A stretch of 32,163 nt of DNA from NCBI GenBank assembly GCA_031264885.1, contig JAISDM010000016.1, forward strand, positions 1 to 32,163, given 5' to 3'. The translations under genes were made by a program, and so were the position numbers. Source of the stretch: Peptococcaceae bacterium. GTDB lineage: Bacteria; Bacillota; Peptococcia; DRI-13; UBA5745. Under the pieces are notes generated by a model, which saw nothing but the letters and a program-made list of their open reading frames with translations, did not search any database and was not told the origin of the DNA. Below, piece after piece: positions 8,132 through 17,504 of this stretch; the stretch's first letter is position 1; each line of letters starts with the position of its first letter.

Positions 8132-8990
8132 ATGCGTTCTCTTGGGGATACATGTCGTAAACAACATTGAGAAGCGCCATAACTACCGGAGACGGCGATT
8201 TGCGATGGAGAATGACCCCCACCGGCATAAGATCGGTCTCAAGCGGGACGGCGGCGAGCGAATTCAACATATTCACAAAAGACGCTTTGGTGATAAAAAC
8301 ACCATTGTTATAACAAATGCCCATAATGCTTTGCAGGTCATTGCTCGGAAGGGTCTCCAGCTTCAGATGATCACAACATTTGTTCAGCTGTTCCAAAAGA
8401 TCGGTGTTTTTCCACAATACTCCCACATGCTGACCGGATAAATCTTCCAACCGGATCGTCTGCTTTTTGGCCAGCGGATGATTTGGCAGGAAAAGGCACT
8501 TGTAGGGCATGGGAAAAAGCACGGTATACCGTATATCGGGGCGGTCCAGCATTGGATGATAGGTGCATTCGGCCACATCCGCCCGATCATGGAGTATATC
8601 TTCAACAAGATTGCCGCTTGCCTGCAATTTTATTTTAACCCCAGGAAATTTACGGGAGAATTCATTGAACACGTTGTCCAGCAGCAGATGTGGATGGGAA
8701 GGCGTTATAATGCGAACAGTCTGGTTTTGGAGCGCAAGTTCCCGGCCCCTTTGGGCAGCGGCTTCCATTTCGGCGATTGATTTCCTGGCGGCGTTACAGA
8801 ACAACTCGCCGGCGGGGGTCAGGGAGATACCCTGATGCGTGCGCACGAACAAAGTGAAGCCGAGCTCCTTCTCAAGGGAGTCGATCTGCTTCTTAACGGC
8901 CGGCTTTGAAAGATACAACGCTTCCCCGGCCTGGCTGAAACTGCCGCGCTCCGCTGTTGTAATCAGAGATTTGAGCTGCTGACTGTTCAT
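8130..8990 (-). CDS. LysR-family transcriptional regulator
   Basis: MNSQQLKSL...GSFSQAGEALYLSKPAVKKQIDSLEKELGFTLFVRT HTH; start reset to ATG 8990 after AGGAG. Confidence 0.93.
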   Translation of the reverse strand: MNSQQLKSLITTAERGSFSQAGEALYLSKPAVKKQIDSLEKELGFTLFVRTHQGISLTPAGELFCNAARKSIAEMEAAAQRGRELALQNQTVRIITPSHPHLLLDNVFNEFSRKFPGVKIKLQASGNLVEDILHDRADVAECTYHPMLDRPDIRYTVLFPMPYKCLFLPNHPLAKKQTIRLEDLSGQHVGVLWKNTDLLEQLNKCCDHLKLETLPSNDLQSIMGICYNNGVFITKASFVNMLNSLAAVPLETDLMPVGVILHRKSPSPVVMALLNVVYDMYPQENA

Positions 8991-9039
8991 AAACGCTCCT
9001 TTTGATTCTCTCCTCAATTCCTCTTCCGCGATCCGCGGT

Positions 9040-9921
9040 TTAGAAATTGGGAATTGGCAGGTCCATATAAAACTCAATGATGCTCTGCCGCATAAACGCC
9101 TGAGAAGCGTTCTTTGTGTCATTCTTTCGCCAATAAAGAGAGATCGGCAATTCAATATCAAAATTCTCAACAGGCAGAATGACCAGATCATCGTCGGCAG
9201 GCAGGTTGTACACCACCATAAGTCCAAGGCACCTGTTGGAACGGATGGCCTTGATCATATCGGCGGAATCGCGGCCCAAAAATGTAATTCGGGGATTAAA
9301 TCCGACAGACTGGGGCAGATCCTTGGCGAGACTAATCAGCGAGTGCGACACGCCGGTAGTTGAGCAGAAGGAGTGACGGTTCAAGTCACTCTTCGTAACC
9401 GTTTTCGCGTCCGCGAGCGGGTGTGCCTTATTGGCCACGACCGCCAGCTTATGATAACGGAGGAGCGCCCGGTCAATGCTCATATTGTTTGACCGGCCCA
9501 GCGTAATCACCAGGTCACAGTTATTGTTAACCAACTCATATTCCCAATTTTCCGGTATATTCTCCACCTTTAAATTCAGGCCCCGGGACAGCAAAAGATT
9601 AATCAGTTGGGAATTCGCCGGGGAAATAGAGCATGCCAGACGAACGAAATTCACCGATCTCTGCTTCAACTCTTCCATTTCGTTCATACACGAATCCATA
9701 ATATTTTCGACGGCGGTAACGCCCCGCAGAAAAATTTCGCCGTACTCATTTAACTGAATCCCCCGGCCGGTGCGGTCAAACAGCTGAAAGCCGATCTCCG
9801 CCTCCAGTCTGCGGATTGACGCTGAAAGCGAAGGCTGAGTAATGTTGAGCTGCTGGGCCGCTTTGGTCATATGCCGGGTACGGGCTACGACGGCAAAATA
9901 TTTTAAAGTGGCAATATCCAT
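9040..9921 (-). CDS. LysR-family transcriptional regulator
   Basis: LKYFAVVA...HMTKAAQQLNITQPSLSASIRRLEAEIGFQLFDRTGR HTH. Confidence 0.95.
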   Translation of the reverse strand: MDIATLKYFAVVARTRHMTKAAQQLNITQPSLSASIRRLEAEIGFQLFDRTGRGIQLNEYGEIFLRGVTAVENIMDSCMNEMEELKQRSVNFVRLACSISPANSQLINLLLSRGLNLKVENIPENWEYELVNNNCDLVITLGRSNNMSIDRALLRYHKLAVVANKAHPLADAKTVTKSDLNRHSFCSTTGVSHSLISLAKDLPQSVGFNPRITFLGRDSADMIKAIRSNRCLGLMVVYNLPADDDLVILPVENFDIELPISLYWRKNDTKNASQAFMRQSIIEFYMDLPIPNF

Positions 9922-9995
9922 AGGATCAGACCCCCTGATAAGGATCGGTTTACTCGTTGAGTTTCTCTCTTCACATGAATTTTGTTCTATTTTCT

Positions 9996-10075
9996 ATTAT
10001 AGCATATGTATTTGTAAGGGCCAATCATTTTGACAAATGATAGTCAAAACGTTATCAAATATACCATCGATAGTT
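9996..10075. promoter_or_regulatory. Leftward promoter of the LysR pair plus shared dyad operator (copy 1)
   Basis: Minus-strand TTGGCC-17-TATAAT (10024-9996); TGATAG-N8-TTATCA...ATCGATAGTT at 10038-10075 matches 19807-19844. Confidence 0.6.
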
Positions 10076-10150
10076 ATCGCCGTATAGTACCGAAAAAATG
10101 TCCTATTCGACTACACTGCGCGGTATACGGTATAATTTTGAGTAGGTTGT

Positions 10151-11065
10151 TTGGTATGGCGGCGCAACACACTTGAGCAAACCAATAAGATCATCAACGA
10201 AGAATCCCAGGCGACGAACGCCTATGAGACCGGCGAGGTTGATGTTCTGTCGCTGAACCCCACGGCGGATCTTGATTATCTCGCCGCCCTCCCCAACACC
10301 GCCCAGATTAGATTGGTCATGCCCACATGCACAATGATCCGCTTCAACATGAGTGAGAACTCCATAATGAACAACAAGGACGCCCGTTACGCAGTCATGT
10401 ACGCAACGGACTTCAACGCCGTCAAAAACATCGCCTACGGCGGGTTGGGTACGGTTCCTCAATTTATCATTTCCGCTAACGGCGACGAAACGGAGCCCGA
10501 ATTCCTCAACGCAACAACAATCTATTCCGATCTGGCAAACGGACCAAACTACGATCTTGCCAAAGAATACGCCGAGAAAGCCGGAATTGTCGGCAAGACC
10601 CTGACGATCATTAACGACAGTACCGCCGTGTTCCAAAGCAGCTGCGAAGTCCTTCAAGCCTGCCTCGGAAATATTGGCGTAAACCTTGAGATCGTAAACT
10701 ATGACGCCGGCAGCTTCAAGGAAAAATACGCCAGCCCCGATGGCTGGGATATGTTCCCCTCCGAGCATTCGAACCCGACCAACGCCAGTTACCCTCTCGC
10801 CACGCGTATCATTACCGCCAACAAGCTGTGCTGGTCCGGCCCGGAATATGACGCGGTCAACGCCCAGGCAAAGGAAGTCGTCGGTACCTTTGATCCGGCG
10901 AAACGCAAAACTCTTATGGAAGACTTCCTGGTTGTATTGCAGGATTACTCTCCGGCGTATAACCTTCTTGACAACGTGAAGGTTTACACATACGACTCCC
11001 GGCTCCGGGGCGTTGAAATCTTCCGTATGCATGACTTCCTTATCAAGGACTGGTCGTGGGTTTAA
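10151..11065 (+). pseudogene. 5'-truncated family-5 (Dpp/Opp) ABC substrate-binding protein
   Basis: Begins at the mid-protein motif KIINEESQATNAYETGEVDV; has DARYAVMYATD and YDLAKEYAEKAG; no signal peptide, lipobox or RBS; ~300 aa versus ~550 aa for the intact paralogue at 29085-30740. Confidence 0.75.
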
Positions 11066-11168
11066 CGGATGTATCCAATTGAAGAGTCAATAAAGCAACG
11101 GCCACTGGTTGGTCACAGCCGGTGGCCACCGTTTTTTAGCTGCTTTATCGAAAGGGGTTATAAAGGAT

Positions 11169-12152
11169 TTGAGCAAGTTCGTTATAAGACGGATACTTTG
11201 GATGATTCCTACACTTCTCTGTGTTGTGCTTCTGATCTTTGTCCTGTTCGAGATAACGCCTGGAGACCCCGCGCTGACAATTCTGCCGAGCGACTCCTGG
11301 ACAGAGGAAAACATCGCGCGGGTTCATAAAGAGCTTGGATTGGACGACCCAATTCTCGTGCGCTATGTCCGTTATTTAGGCAACGCGGTACAAGGCGATC
11401 TCGGCACGAGTTATCTGACCAAAACCTCTGTAACCAATGAGATCGCTCAAAAGTTTCCCTATACAATGAAAATCACATTTATCAGCGTAATTATGGCCAT
11501 CGTCGCCGGCATCCCATTTGGTGTAATCGCGGCAAAACACCAGTACACACTGACAGACAACATTTCCGTTTTTATATCTCTGTTGTTTGTGAGTATGCCA
11601 AATTTCTGGTTCGCGCTTCTGCTTGCGCGATTTTTCGGCGTCCAGCTGGGGTGGCTGCCGACGACCGGCGTCGAGACATGGACAGGGTACATATTACCGA
11701 GCGCCACAGTCGCCATTACTTCACTTGCGGCCATAACCCGTCAGACACGCTCAAGTATGCTTGAGCAAATCCGTCAGGATTATGTCGTCACCGCGCGCGC
11801 CAAGGGTCAGATCGAAGGAAAGGTTATCTACGGCCACGCGCTGAAAAACGCGCTGATCCCGATTATCACAGTCGTCGGTACAAATATTGCCAATCATCTT
11901 GGCGGAACATTGGTCGCGGAGACCATCTTCTCAATCCCCGGCCTTGCCAAGTACATGATTACCGGCCTGAACGGGCGTGATTACCCTGTCGTTCTGGGTT
12001 CAGTCCTTTTTATTTCGGCCGTGTTCTGTATCGTCATGATGGTCGTCGATATTATTTACGCCGTCGTTGACCCGCGTATCCGCATTCAGATGATGAAGAA
12101 GAACAATAGCGGCAGAAAAACCAAGGCCAGAAAGGAGGCTGCGGCAGCGTGA
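11169..12152 (+). CDS. Dpp/Opp-type ABC transporter permease (DppB/OppB-like)
   Basis: KFVIRRIL, PGDPA, GLDDPILVRY, EAA loop TARAKG, ETIFSIPG, RDYPVV; TTG start at 11169. Confidence 0.93.
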   Translation: MSKFVIRRILWMIPTLLCVVLLIFVLFEITPGDPALTILPSDSWTEENIARVHKELGLDDPILVRYVRYLGNAVQGDLGTSYLTKTSVTNEIAQKFPYTMKITFISVIMAIVAGIPFGVIAAKHQYTLTDNISVFISLLFVSMPNFWFALLLARFFGVQLGWLPTTGVETWTGYILPSATVAITSLAAITRQTRSSMLEQIRQDYVVTARAKGQIEGKVIYGHALKNALIPIITVVGTNIANHLGGTLVAETIFSIPGLAKYMITGLNGRDYPVVLGSVLFISAVFCIVMMVVDIIYAVVDPRIRIQMMKKNNSGRKTKARKEAAAA

Positions 12153-13006
12153 GTAGAGGAAAAAAACAATTACGTATATACGAAGTCTGGCGTCAGCTTC
12201 GGAAGAATAAATTCGCCATGGCCGGCATGGTGATCATCATTCTGCTGGCGCTTGTCACTATTTTCGCTGATCAGTTAGCGCCATACCACTTTGAGACGGC
12301 CGACTTTTCCGCCTCCTTCGCGAGGCCCTCCGCCGAGCATCCCCTCGGATGCGACAAACTTGGACGCGACACCTTGAGCCGCGTCATTTACGGCGCGAGA
12401 ACGAGTCTGCAAATCGGTCTCGGCGCCACGGTGATCGCCACGGTCGTCGGCGTCGTACTCGGCGCCTTCTGCGGCTACTACGGCGGCTGGATCGACACAA
12501 TTTTTATGCGCTTTCTCGATATCTTCCAGTCCATTCCAAATCTGCTGTTCAGTATCGTGCTTGCGGCATCGCTGGGCGTCGGCGTCAAAAACGCCATCAT
12601 AGCCGTAGGCATAACATCCGCGCCGCTGTTCGCGCGTATGATACGGGGCAGCATTATGCAGATCCGCGGCAGTGAATACATTGAGGCGGCCCGGTCGATC
12701 AACGCGCGGGATCCCCGCGTTATTATCAAGCACATTATCCCCAACGCCATCTCTCCTGTCATCGTACAGATCACCATGAAGATCGGCAGCGCCATCATCT
12801 ATGGCGCGACGCTCAGCTTCATCGGGCTCGGAGCCCAGCCGCCCACAGCCGAGTGGGGCGCGATGATTTCGGAGGCGAGAAATTACATCCGCAATTATCC
12901 GGCGCTTATTATGTATCCCGGCGCCGCCCTGATGATCTGCGTGCTGGCGTTCAATCTGTTTGGCGACGGTCTGCGTGACGCTCTCGATCCGCGTTTGAAG
13001 AACTAA
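12149..13006 (+). CDS. Dpp/Opp-type ABC transporter permease (DppC/OppC-like)
   Basis: HPLGCDKLGRD, EYIEAARS, KHIIPN, LSFIGLG, GDGLRDALDP. Confidence 0.95.
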   Translation: MSRGKKQLRIYEVWRQLRKNKFAMAGMVIIILLALVTIFADQLAPYHFETADFSASFARPSAEHPLGCDKLGRDTLSRVIYGARTSLQIGLGATVIATVVGVVLGAFCGYYGGWIDTIFMRFLDIFQSIPNLLFSIVLAASLGVGVKNAIIAVGITSAPLFARMIRGSIMQIRGSEYIEAARSINARDPRVIIKHIIPNAISPVIVQITMKIGSAIIYGATLSFIGLGAQPPTAEWGAMISEARNYIRNYPALIMYPGAALMICVLAFNLFGDGLRDALDPRLKN

Positions 13007-13019
13007 GGAGGTGGCAGCG

Positions 13020-14024
13020 ATGGAGAAAACGGCTCAGGCCGGCGAGGCTTTCTTAGATATCAAGGATCTCGTCGTTGAGTACCACACCGACGACGCGGTC
13101 ATTCACGCCGTTAACGGTGTAAACCTGAAACTGGCAAAGGGCGAGACGCTCGGCCTCGTTGGTGAAACCGGCGCCGGGAAGACAAGCATCGCCAGAAGCA
13201 TTCTGCGTATTCTGCCAGATCCGCCGGCCAAAATCATGAAAGGCGAAATTTGGTTCAACGGCGAGAATATACTGAAGCTCCCGGAAAAAAAAGTCCGCTC
13301 AATCCGCGGCGATAAAATCAGTATGATATTCCAGGACCCCATGACAGCCCTGAACCCGATTGAAACAGTAGGCAGCCAGATTTCCGAGGCAATCCGGCTG
13401 CATAACAGCATCTCAAGAGCCGACGCCAACAAACAGGCCGTACAAATGCTTGAGACGGTCGGCATCCCCGGCAAGCGTTTCACCAACTATCCTCTTGAGT
13501 TTTCAGGCGGGATGAAGCAGCGGGTGGTTATTGCCATGGCGCTGGCCTGCAAACCGGAACTGCTGCTGGCTGACGAGCCGACCACCGCGCTGGATGTCAC
13601 CATCCAAGCACAGGTACTCGAAATGATGCGTGACCTGCAAAAAGACTTCGGCGCCTCCGTTATCCTGATCACACACGACCTCGGCATCGTGGCCGAAATG
13701 TGCGAGAAGGTCGCCATCATCTACGCCGGAGAGGTCGTTGAATACGGTACGGCGGAGGATATCTTTGACCACCGCGCGCATCCCTATACCGAAGGACTTT
13801 TCGGTTCTATCCCAACGATCCATACCAAAACAAAACGTTTAAATCCCATTCGGGGCATGATGCCCGACCCCGCCAATCTGCCGTCCTGCTGCCGGTTTGC
13901 CGGTCGCTGTCCGTACACCACAGACGAGTGTACAAGCAGCTATCCCGAGATGGTCGAATGCAAGTCCCAGCCACACACAGTACGTTGTGTACGCGCCAGG
14001 GTAAAGGAAGGGGGGAGCCAATGA
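13020..14024 (+). CDS. Dpp/Opp-type ABC transporter ATP-binding subunit (DppD-like)
   Basis: Walker A GETGAGKT, FSGGMKQR, DEPTTALD, HPYT, Cys-rich oligopeptide-ABC tail; ATG 13020 after AAGGAGG. Confidence 0.95.
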   Translation: MEKTAQAGEAFLDIKDLVVEYHTDDAVIHAVNGVNLKLAKGETLGLVGETGAGKTSIARSILRILPDPPAKIMKGEIWFNGENILKLPEKKVRSIRGDKISMIFQDPMTALNPIETVGSQISEAIRLHNSISRADANKQAVQMLETVGIPGKRFTNYPLEFSGGMKQRVVIAMALACKPELLLADEPTTALDVTIQAQVLEMMRDLQKDFGASVILITHDLGIVAEMCEKVAIIYAGEVVEYGTAEDIFDHRAHPYTEGLFGSIPTIHTKTKRLNPIRGMMPDPANLPSCCRFAGRCPYTTDECTSSYPEMVECKSQPHTVRCVRARVKEGGSQ

Positions 14025-14968
14025 GCGATATTCTCGAAGTACAAGAACTGAAAAAATACTTCCGGGTGGACGGCGGCAGCCAGCTTCACGCGGTAGACGG
14101 TGTCTCCTTCAAAATTGAAAAAGGACAAACCCTTGGCGTCGTCGGGGAGTCCGGCTGCGGTAAATCGACATTGGGCCGCGTCATTCTGCATCTGATCGAA
14201 CCCTCCGGCGGGCAGATTTTCTTTGAAGGCAAGGATATCTCCAATCCTAACCGCAGCATGATCAATTACGTCCGGGAGAACATGCAGATCATTTTCCAAG
14301 ACCCGTTTTCCTCGCTTAACCCGCGTATGAGCGTCAGCGAGACGATCATGGAGCCCATGATTATAAAGGGCGGGATCTCACGGTCCGACATGTACGAGAA
14401 AACATTGAAACTGATGGATACCGTCGGCCTCGCCCAGCGTTTTACGAATTCCTATCCCCATGAACTCGACGGCGGGCGCCGCCAGAGAATCGGCATTGCG
14501 CGCTCGCTCGCGCTTGACCCCAAGTTCATCGTCTGCGACGAGCCCGTCTCCGCGCTGGACGTCTCTATACAGGCACAGATATTGAACCTGCTGCTGGATC
14601 TGCAGGAGGAGCGGAACCTGAGCTATATCTTCATCACTCACGATCTGTCCGTTGTAAAATACATCTCCAACAACATCCTCGTCATGTACCTTGGGCAGAT
14701 GGTCGAACTGGCGCCATCCGACGAGCTGTTTGAGAACCCGGCGCACCCCTACACAGAGGCGCTGCTTTCCGCCATCCCTGTCGCGGATATCCATGTAAAA
14801 CACGAACGCCTCCAAATGAAGGGAGAACTGACGAGTCCGATCGATCCGAAGCCCGGCTGCCGCTTCATGGCCCGCTGCCCATATGCCGCGGAAAAATGCG
14901 CCGAGCCCCAGACACTGCAAAATATCTCCCCGGATCACCAGGTTTCCTGTTGGATGAAGCAATCCTAA
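14021..14968 (+). CDS. Dpp/Opp-type ABC transporter ATP-binding subunit (DppF-like)
   Basis: [37 protein letters not shown]; ATGA overlap with the previous gene. Confidence 0.95.
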   Translation: MSDILEVQELKKYFRVDGGSQLHAVDGVSFKIEKGQTLGVVGESGCGKSTLGRVILHLIEPSGGQIFFEGKDISNPNRSMINYVRENMQIIFQDPFSSLNPRMSVSETIMEPMIIKGGISRSDMYEKTLKLMDTVGLAQRFTNSYPHELDGGRRQRIGIARSLALDPKFIVCDEPVSALDVSIQAQILNLLLDLQEERNLSYIFITHDLSVVKYISNNILVMYLGQMVELAPSDELFENPAHPYTEALLSAIPVADIHVKHERLQMKGELTSPIDPKPGCRFMARCPYAAEKCAEPQTLQNISPDHQVSCWMKQS

Positions 14969-14969
14969 C

Positions 14970-14996
14970 GCGTAACCGCGTAAAAGACAAATAGAA
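14970..14996. repeat. 27-bp direct repeat, left copy (GCGTAACCGCGTAAAAGACAAATAGAA)
   Basis: Identical to 17522-17548. Confidence 0.95.
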
Positions 14997-15051
14997 CGCT
15001 TCGTGTCTGTGGGTTTGCTGTAGACGGGATTTCTGCGTTCTTTCGCTTCAA

Positions 15052-15252
15052 TCAGCGGGCTTCTTTCATCAGCTCCTTAATCTGTTCTTCCAATCGAAGT
15101 CTTTCTTCTCTTTCTCTAGCCAATTGTCTTTCTGCCTCCAGCGCCTTCTTTTCCGCCGCCGACGCTTTTTGTTTTTCTTCTAATGCTTTTTGTTTTTCTT
15201 CTTCTATAATCTCTTCCCAGATATCATTCAAATAACGCGTTTCTCCAATCAT
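15052..15252 (-). CDS. Putative intragenic in-frame small protein (RpnS-like antitoxin), 66 aa
   Basis: Perfect internal Shine-Dalgarno AAGGAGG (15267-15261), 8 nt before an in-frame ATG at 15252. Confidence 0.6.
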   Translation of the reverse strand: MIGETRYLNDIWEEIIEEEKQKALEEKQKASAAEKKALEAERQLAREREERLRLEEQIKELMKEAR

Positions 15253-15903
15253 TTCCAATTCCTCCTTCGTATAATTTACTTCGTTTAACATGCCGTAAAT
15301 CTTTTTAATCCAAGAAGGATCGCTGTCCTTCATTTCGCCGCCCAGAAACAATCGCTGCCACGGTTCCAAATCATCACTCACCGTCTTGGTATACTCGAAA
15401 AAACAAGAAACCGTCGATAGCCCAGGGAACACCAAGTCATGTTTTTTATCGTAAAACTCAAACATATGCACAGCGTCCTCATCTGACTTGATCAATCGAT
15501 CGCCGATGATGTTCAAACTCAAAACCCGTTTCAGACCTTTGTATTTCTTTGCTCCAAAGTTTTTTACAAATCGGTCCGAAGTGTAAAAAAAGGATCGGGT
15601 CGCGAAAATATTCCTGGTTTGCATTTGCAGTTCCACAATGAAATCCCCCGCGTCAAACGCCGCGGATATGTCTTTGATGGTTTCCTTGATTTTTCGAACT
15701 TCACCGTCGCGCTCAAAATAAGAATGAAAGCTGTATGGATTTGAAATCACAATATCTTTGGCGTCTATGCCGAAGAAATCATGAATCGTGCCCCACAGAA
15801 CTTCTTCGCTCTCGCCCGGTGTCGTCGTCGCTTTGCGAAACACAAGATCATTCGTGATCGACAAGCCTTTTTTCCTTTTTTCAGGTTCGGTTTCTTTCGC
15901 CAT
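15052..15903 (-). CDS. Rpn-family recombination-promoting nuclease / PD-(D/E)XK nuclease family 'transposase'
   Basis: ITNDLVFRK, KDISA, IVELQMQ (D...ExQ motif), RSFFY, SLNII, then a charged coiled-coil C-tail; start ATG 15903 after GGGAG. Confidence 0.85.
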   Translation of the reverse strand: MAKETEPEKRKKGLSITNDLVFRKATTTPGESEEVLWGTIHDFFGIDAKDIVISNPYSFHSYFERDGEVRKIKETIKDISAAFDAGDFIVELQMQTRNIFATRSFFYTSDRFVKNFGAKKYKGLKRVLSLNIIGDRLIKSDEDAVHMFEFYDKKHDLVFPGLSTVSCFFEYTKTVSDDLEPWQRLFLGGEMKDSDPSWIKKIYGMLNEVNYTKEELEMIGETRYLNDIWEEIIEEEKQKALEEKQKASAAEKKALEAERQLAREREERLRLEEQIKELMKEAR

Positions 15904-16067
15904 AATCAATACTCCCATCGTTTTCTCAATTGGTTTGACATCATGAATCCCCCATAAAGAAATGATAGCATAGAATTCTCCAAAAATAAATATCCGAAAT
16001 TGACTTTGAGGCTTTGAGGGGGACGGATGCCGCCAAACGCAATGAATAATAAAAGGAGGCATACAAT

Positions 16068-17483
16068 TTGAAAAAGAAACTTTTACGAAGAAACTTTCTC
16101 AAATACGGCGCAGCAATAGGAACGGTGGCTTTAGTTGCAGCGGTTTTAGCCGGTTGTGGTAGCGCGGTCACTCCATCCTCCGGCGCAGAATCATCTGCAG
16201 TCTCATCCTCCGGTACATCGGAATCATTGCCCTCGGTTCAGGCGACGGAACCCGGAGCAATAAAACAATCATATTATCGTGTCAGCGGCGCGAATATAAT
16301 GCTCTACGAGCCGATTGAACCCGGAGAAAACGCAAAAATCCTGCTCGCCTCCATGCACGGCGGCCTGGGCCGGACTCTGGAGCAAAATTTCCTCAAAACC
16401 GTGGCTACGCTGGGATTTCGTACTATGTATTGTGTCCCAGACCACGCATCGTTTGTTGATCAGTTCAAAGATTTTGCGAACTGCATGACGTTTGCTCGGG
16501 AATATGATGGCGTCACAAAAATTATCCTGATGGGGCAGAGCCGCGGCGCCGCCGTAATGAGTGCCTACCAGAAAATTGCCGAGAATGGTGCAGATGTGTT
16601 TCAAGGGCCTGAGCGACGCCTACCCATTCCCGATATAGTGTGTTCCCCGGCTGACGGTCTCATGTTGCTTGACGCAAATTTTGGTTTTATGGTAATGCAT
16701 GTCATGTCCATGAACCCCGCTCTCATTGAGGAAGGTAACGCGATGAAGGTAGACCCTGAGCTTGACGCATTGAACCCCGAAAATGGTTTTGGCGAAGAAG
16801 AGTGCCATTACACCGAGGAGTTCCGCCGCAAATTCCTAACAGCCCAAAGGTCACGCTATTACGAGCTGATGGATCTGGCAGAGGAGCGTTGGGGGCTGAT
16901 CCAAAACGGAGAGGGTAATTTCTCGGATAACGAGCCGTTTATTGTGCCTGATTGCATTGGTACTAACAATTCGCCGAAGCTGTTTGCCGGTGATATAAGC
17001 TATTTCTCCCGAACCAAGGGGGCTTACGATCTCATCCATCCAGATGGCTCCATCACCAATGAAGTTATTCGGTGTCTGCGCCCAAACGAGAACAACCCCG
17101 CTTTCGCTGGCACCAAAGAGGCTGCCTTTGAGACAACCGTCAAGGACTTCTTTTGGATGGAGGTTAACATTACCGAAGACTATGACTACGGCGAGGATTA
17201 TCTGACCGGCGTCGATTTTGAAAGCAGCTTCACCTGTTCCAGTGGCAATGTAAAGATGATATCCTGTCCGCTGCTACTGATGGGCCATACGGCCGGATAC
17301 GAGTTCATTACTGCGGAGTGGTCCTACGAAAACGCAAACAGTGCTGATAAAACCATCGCGTTTACCGAAGGCGCCACGCACGGATGGTCTTCCATCGACA
17401 AGGACAAATATGGTGATACACTTCTAACCGAGGCCAAATATGTGGCCGACTGGATGACGGCGGAAGGGCGCTTTGTTGACTAA
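16068..17483 (+). CDS. Putative Tat-exported lipoprotein, alpha/beta-hydrolase fold
   Basis: LRRNFLK twin-arginine motif, h-region, lipobox LAGC, Ser-rich linker, HGG, nucleophile elbow GQSRG, C-terminal GATHG; TTG start after AAGGAGG. Confidence 0.8.
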   Translation: MKKKLLRRNFLKYGAAIGTVALVAAVLAGCGSAVTPSSGAESSAVSSSGTSESLPSVQATEPGAIKQSYYRVSGANIMLYEPIEPGENAKILLASMHGGLGRTLEQNFLKTVATLGFRTMYCVPDHASFVDQFKDFANCMTFAREYDGVTKIILMGQSRGAAVMSAYQKIAENGADVFQGPERRLPIPDIVCSPADGLMLLDANFGFMVMHVMSMNPALIEEGNAMKVDPELDALNPENGFGEEECHYTEEFRRKFLTAQRSRYYELMDLAEERWGLIQNGEGNFSDNEPFIVPDCIGTNNSPKLFAGDISYFSRTKGAYDLIHPDGSITNEVIRCLRPNENNPAFAGTKEAAFETTVKDFFWMEVNITEDYDYGEDYLTGVDFESSFTCSSGNVKMISCPLLLMGHTAGYEFITAEWSYENANSADKTIAFTEGATHGWSSIDKDKYGDTLLTEAKYVADWMTAEGRFVD

Positions 17484-17504
17484 ACTTCGTTCTTTGCTAA
17501 TCCA

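Noticed and set aside
8991-9227. N-terminal extensions in the ORF track (also upstream of 5955, 14021, 15903, 23132, 25025, 26087, 30740)
   Set aside because: They overlap neighbouring genes or promoters; the downstream starts have proper RBSs and match family N-termini.
14460-14490. LDGGRRQ instead of LSGGQ as a sign of an inactive ATPase
   Set aside because: The same variant is present in both DppF-like paralogues and is a familiar variant in clostridial OppF/DppF proteins.
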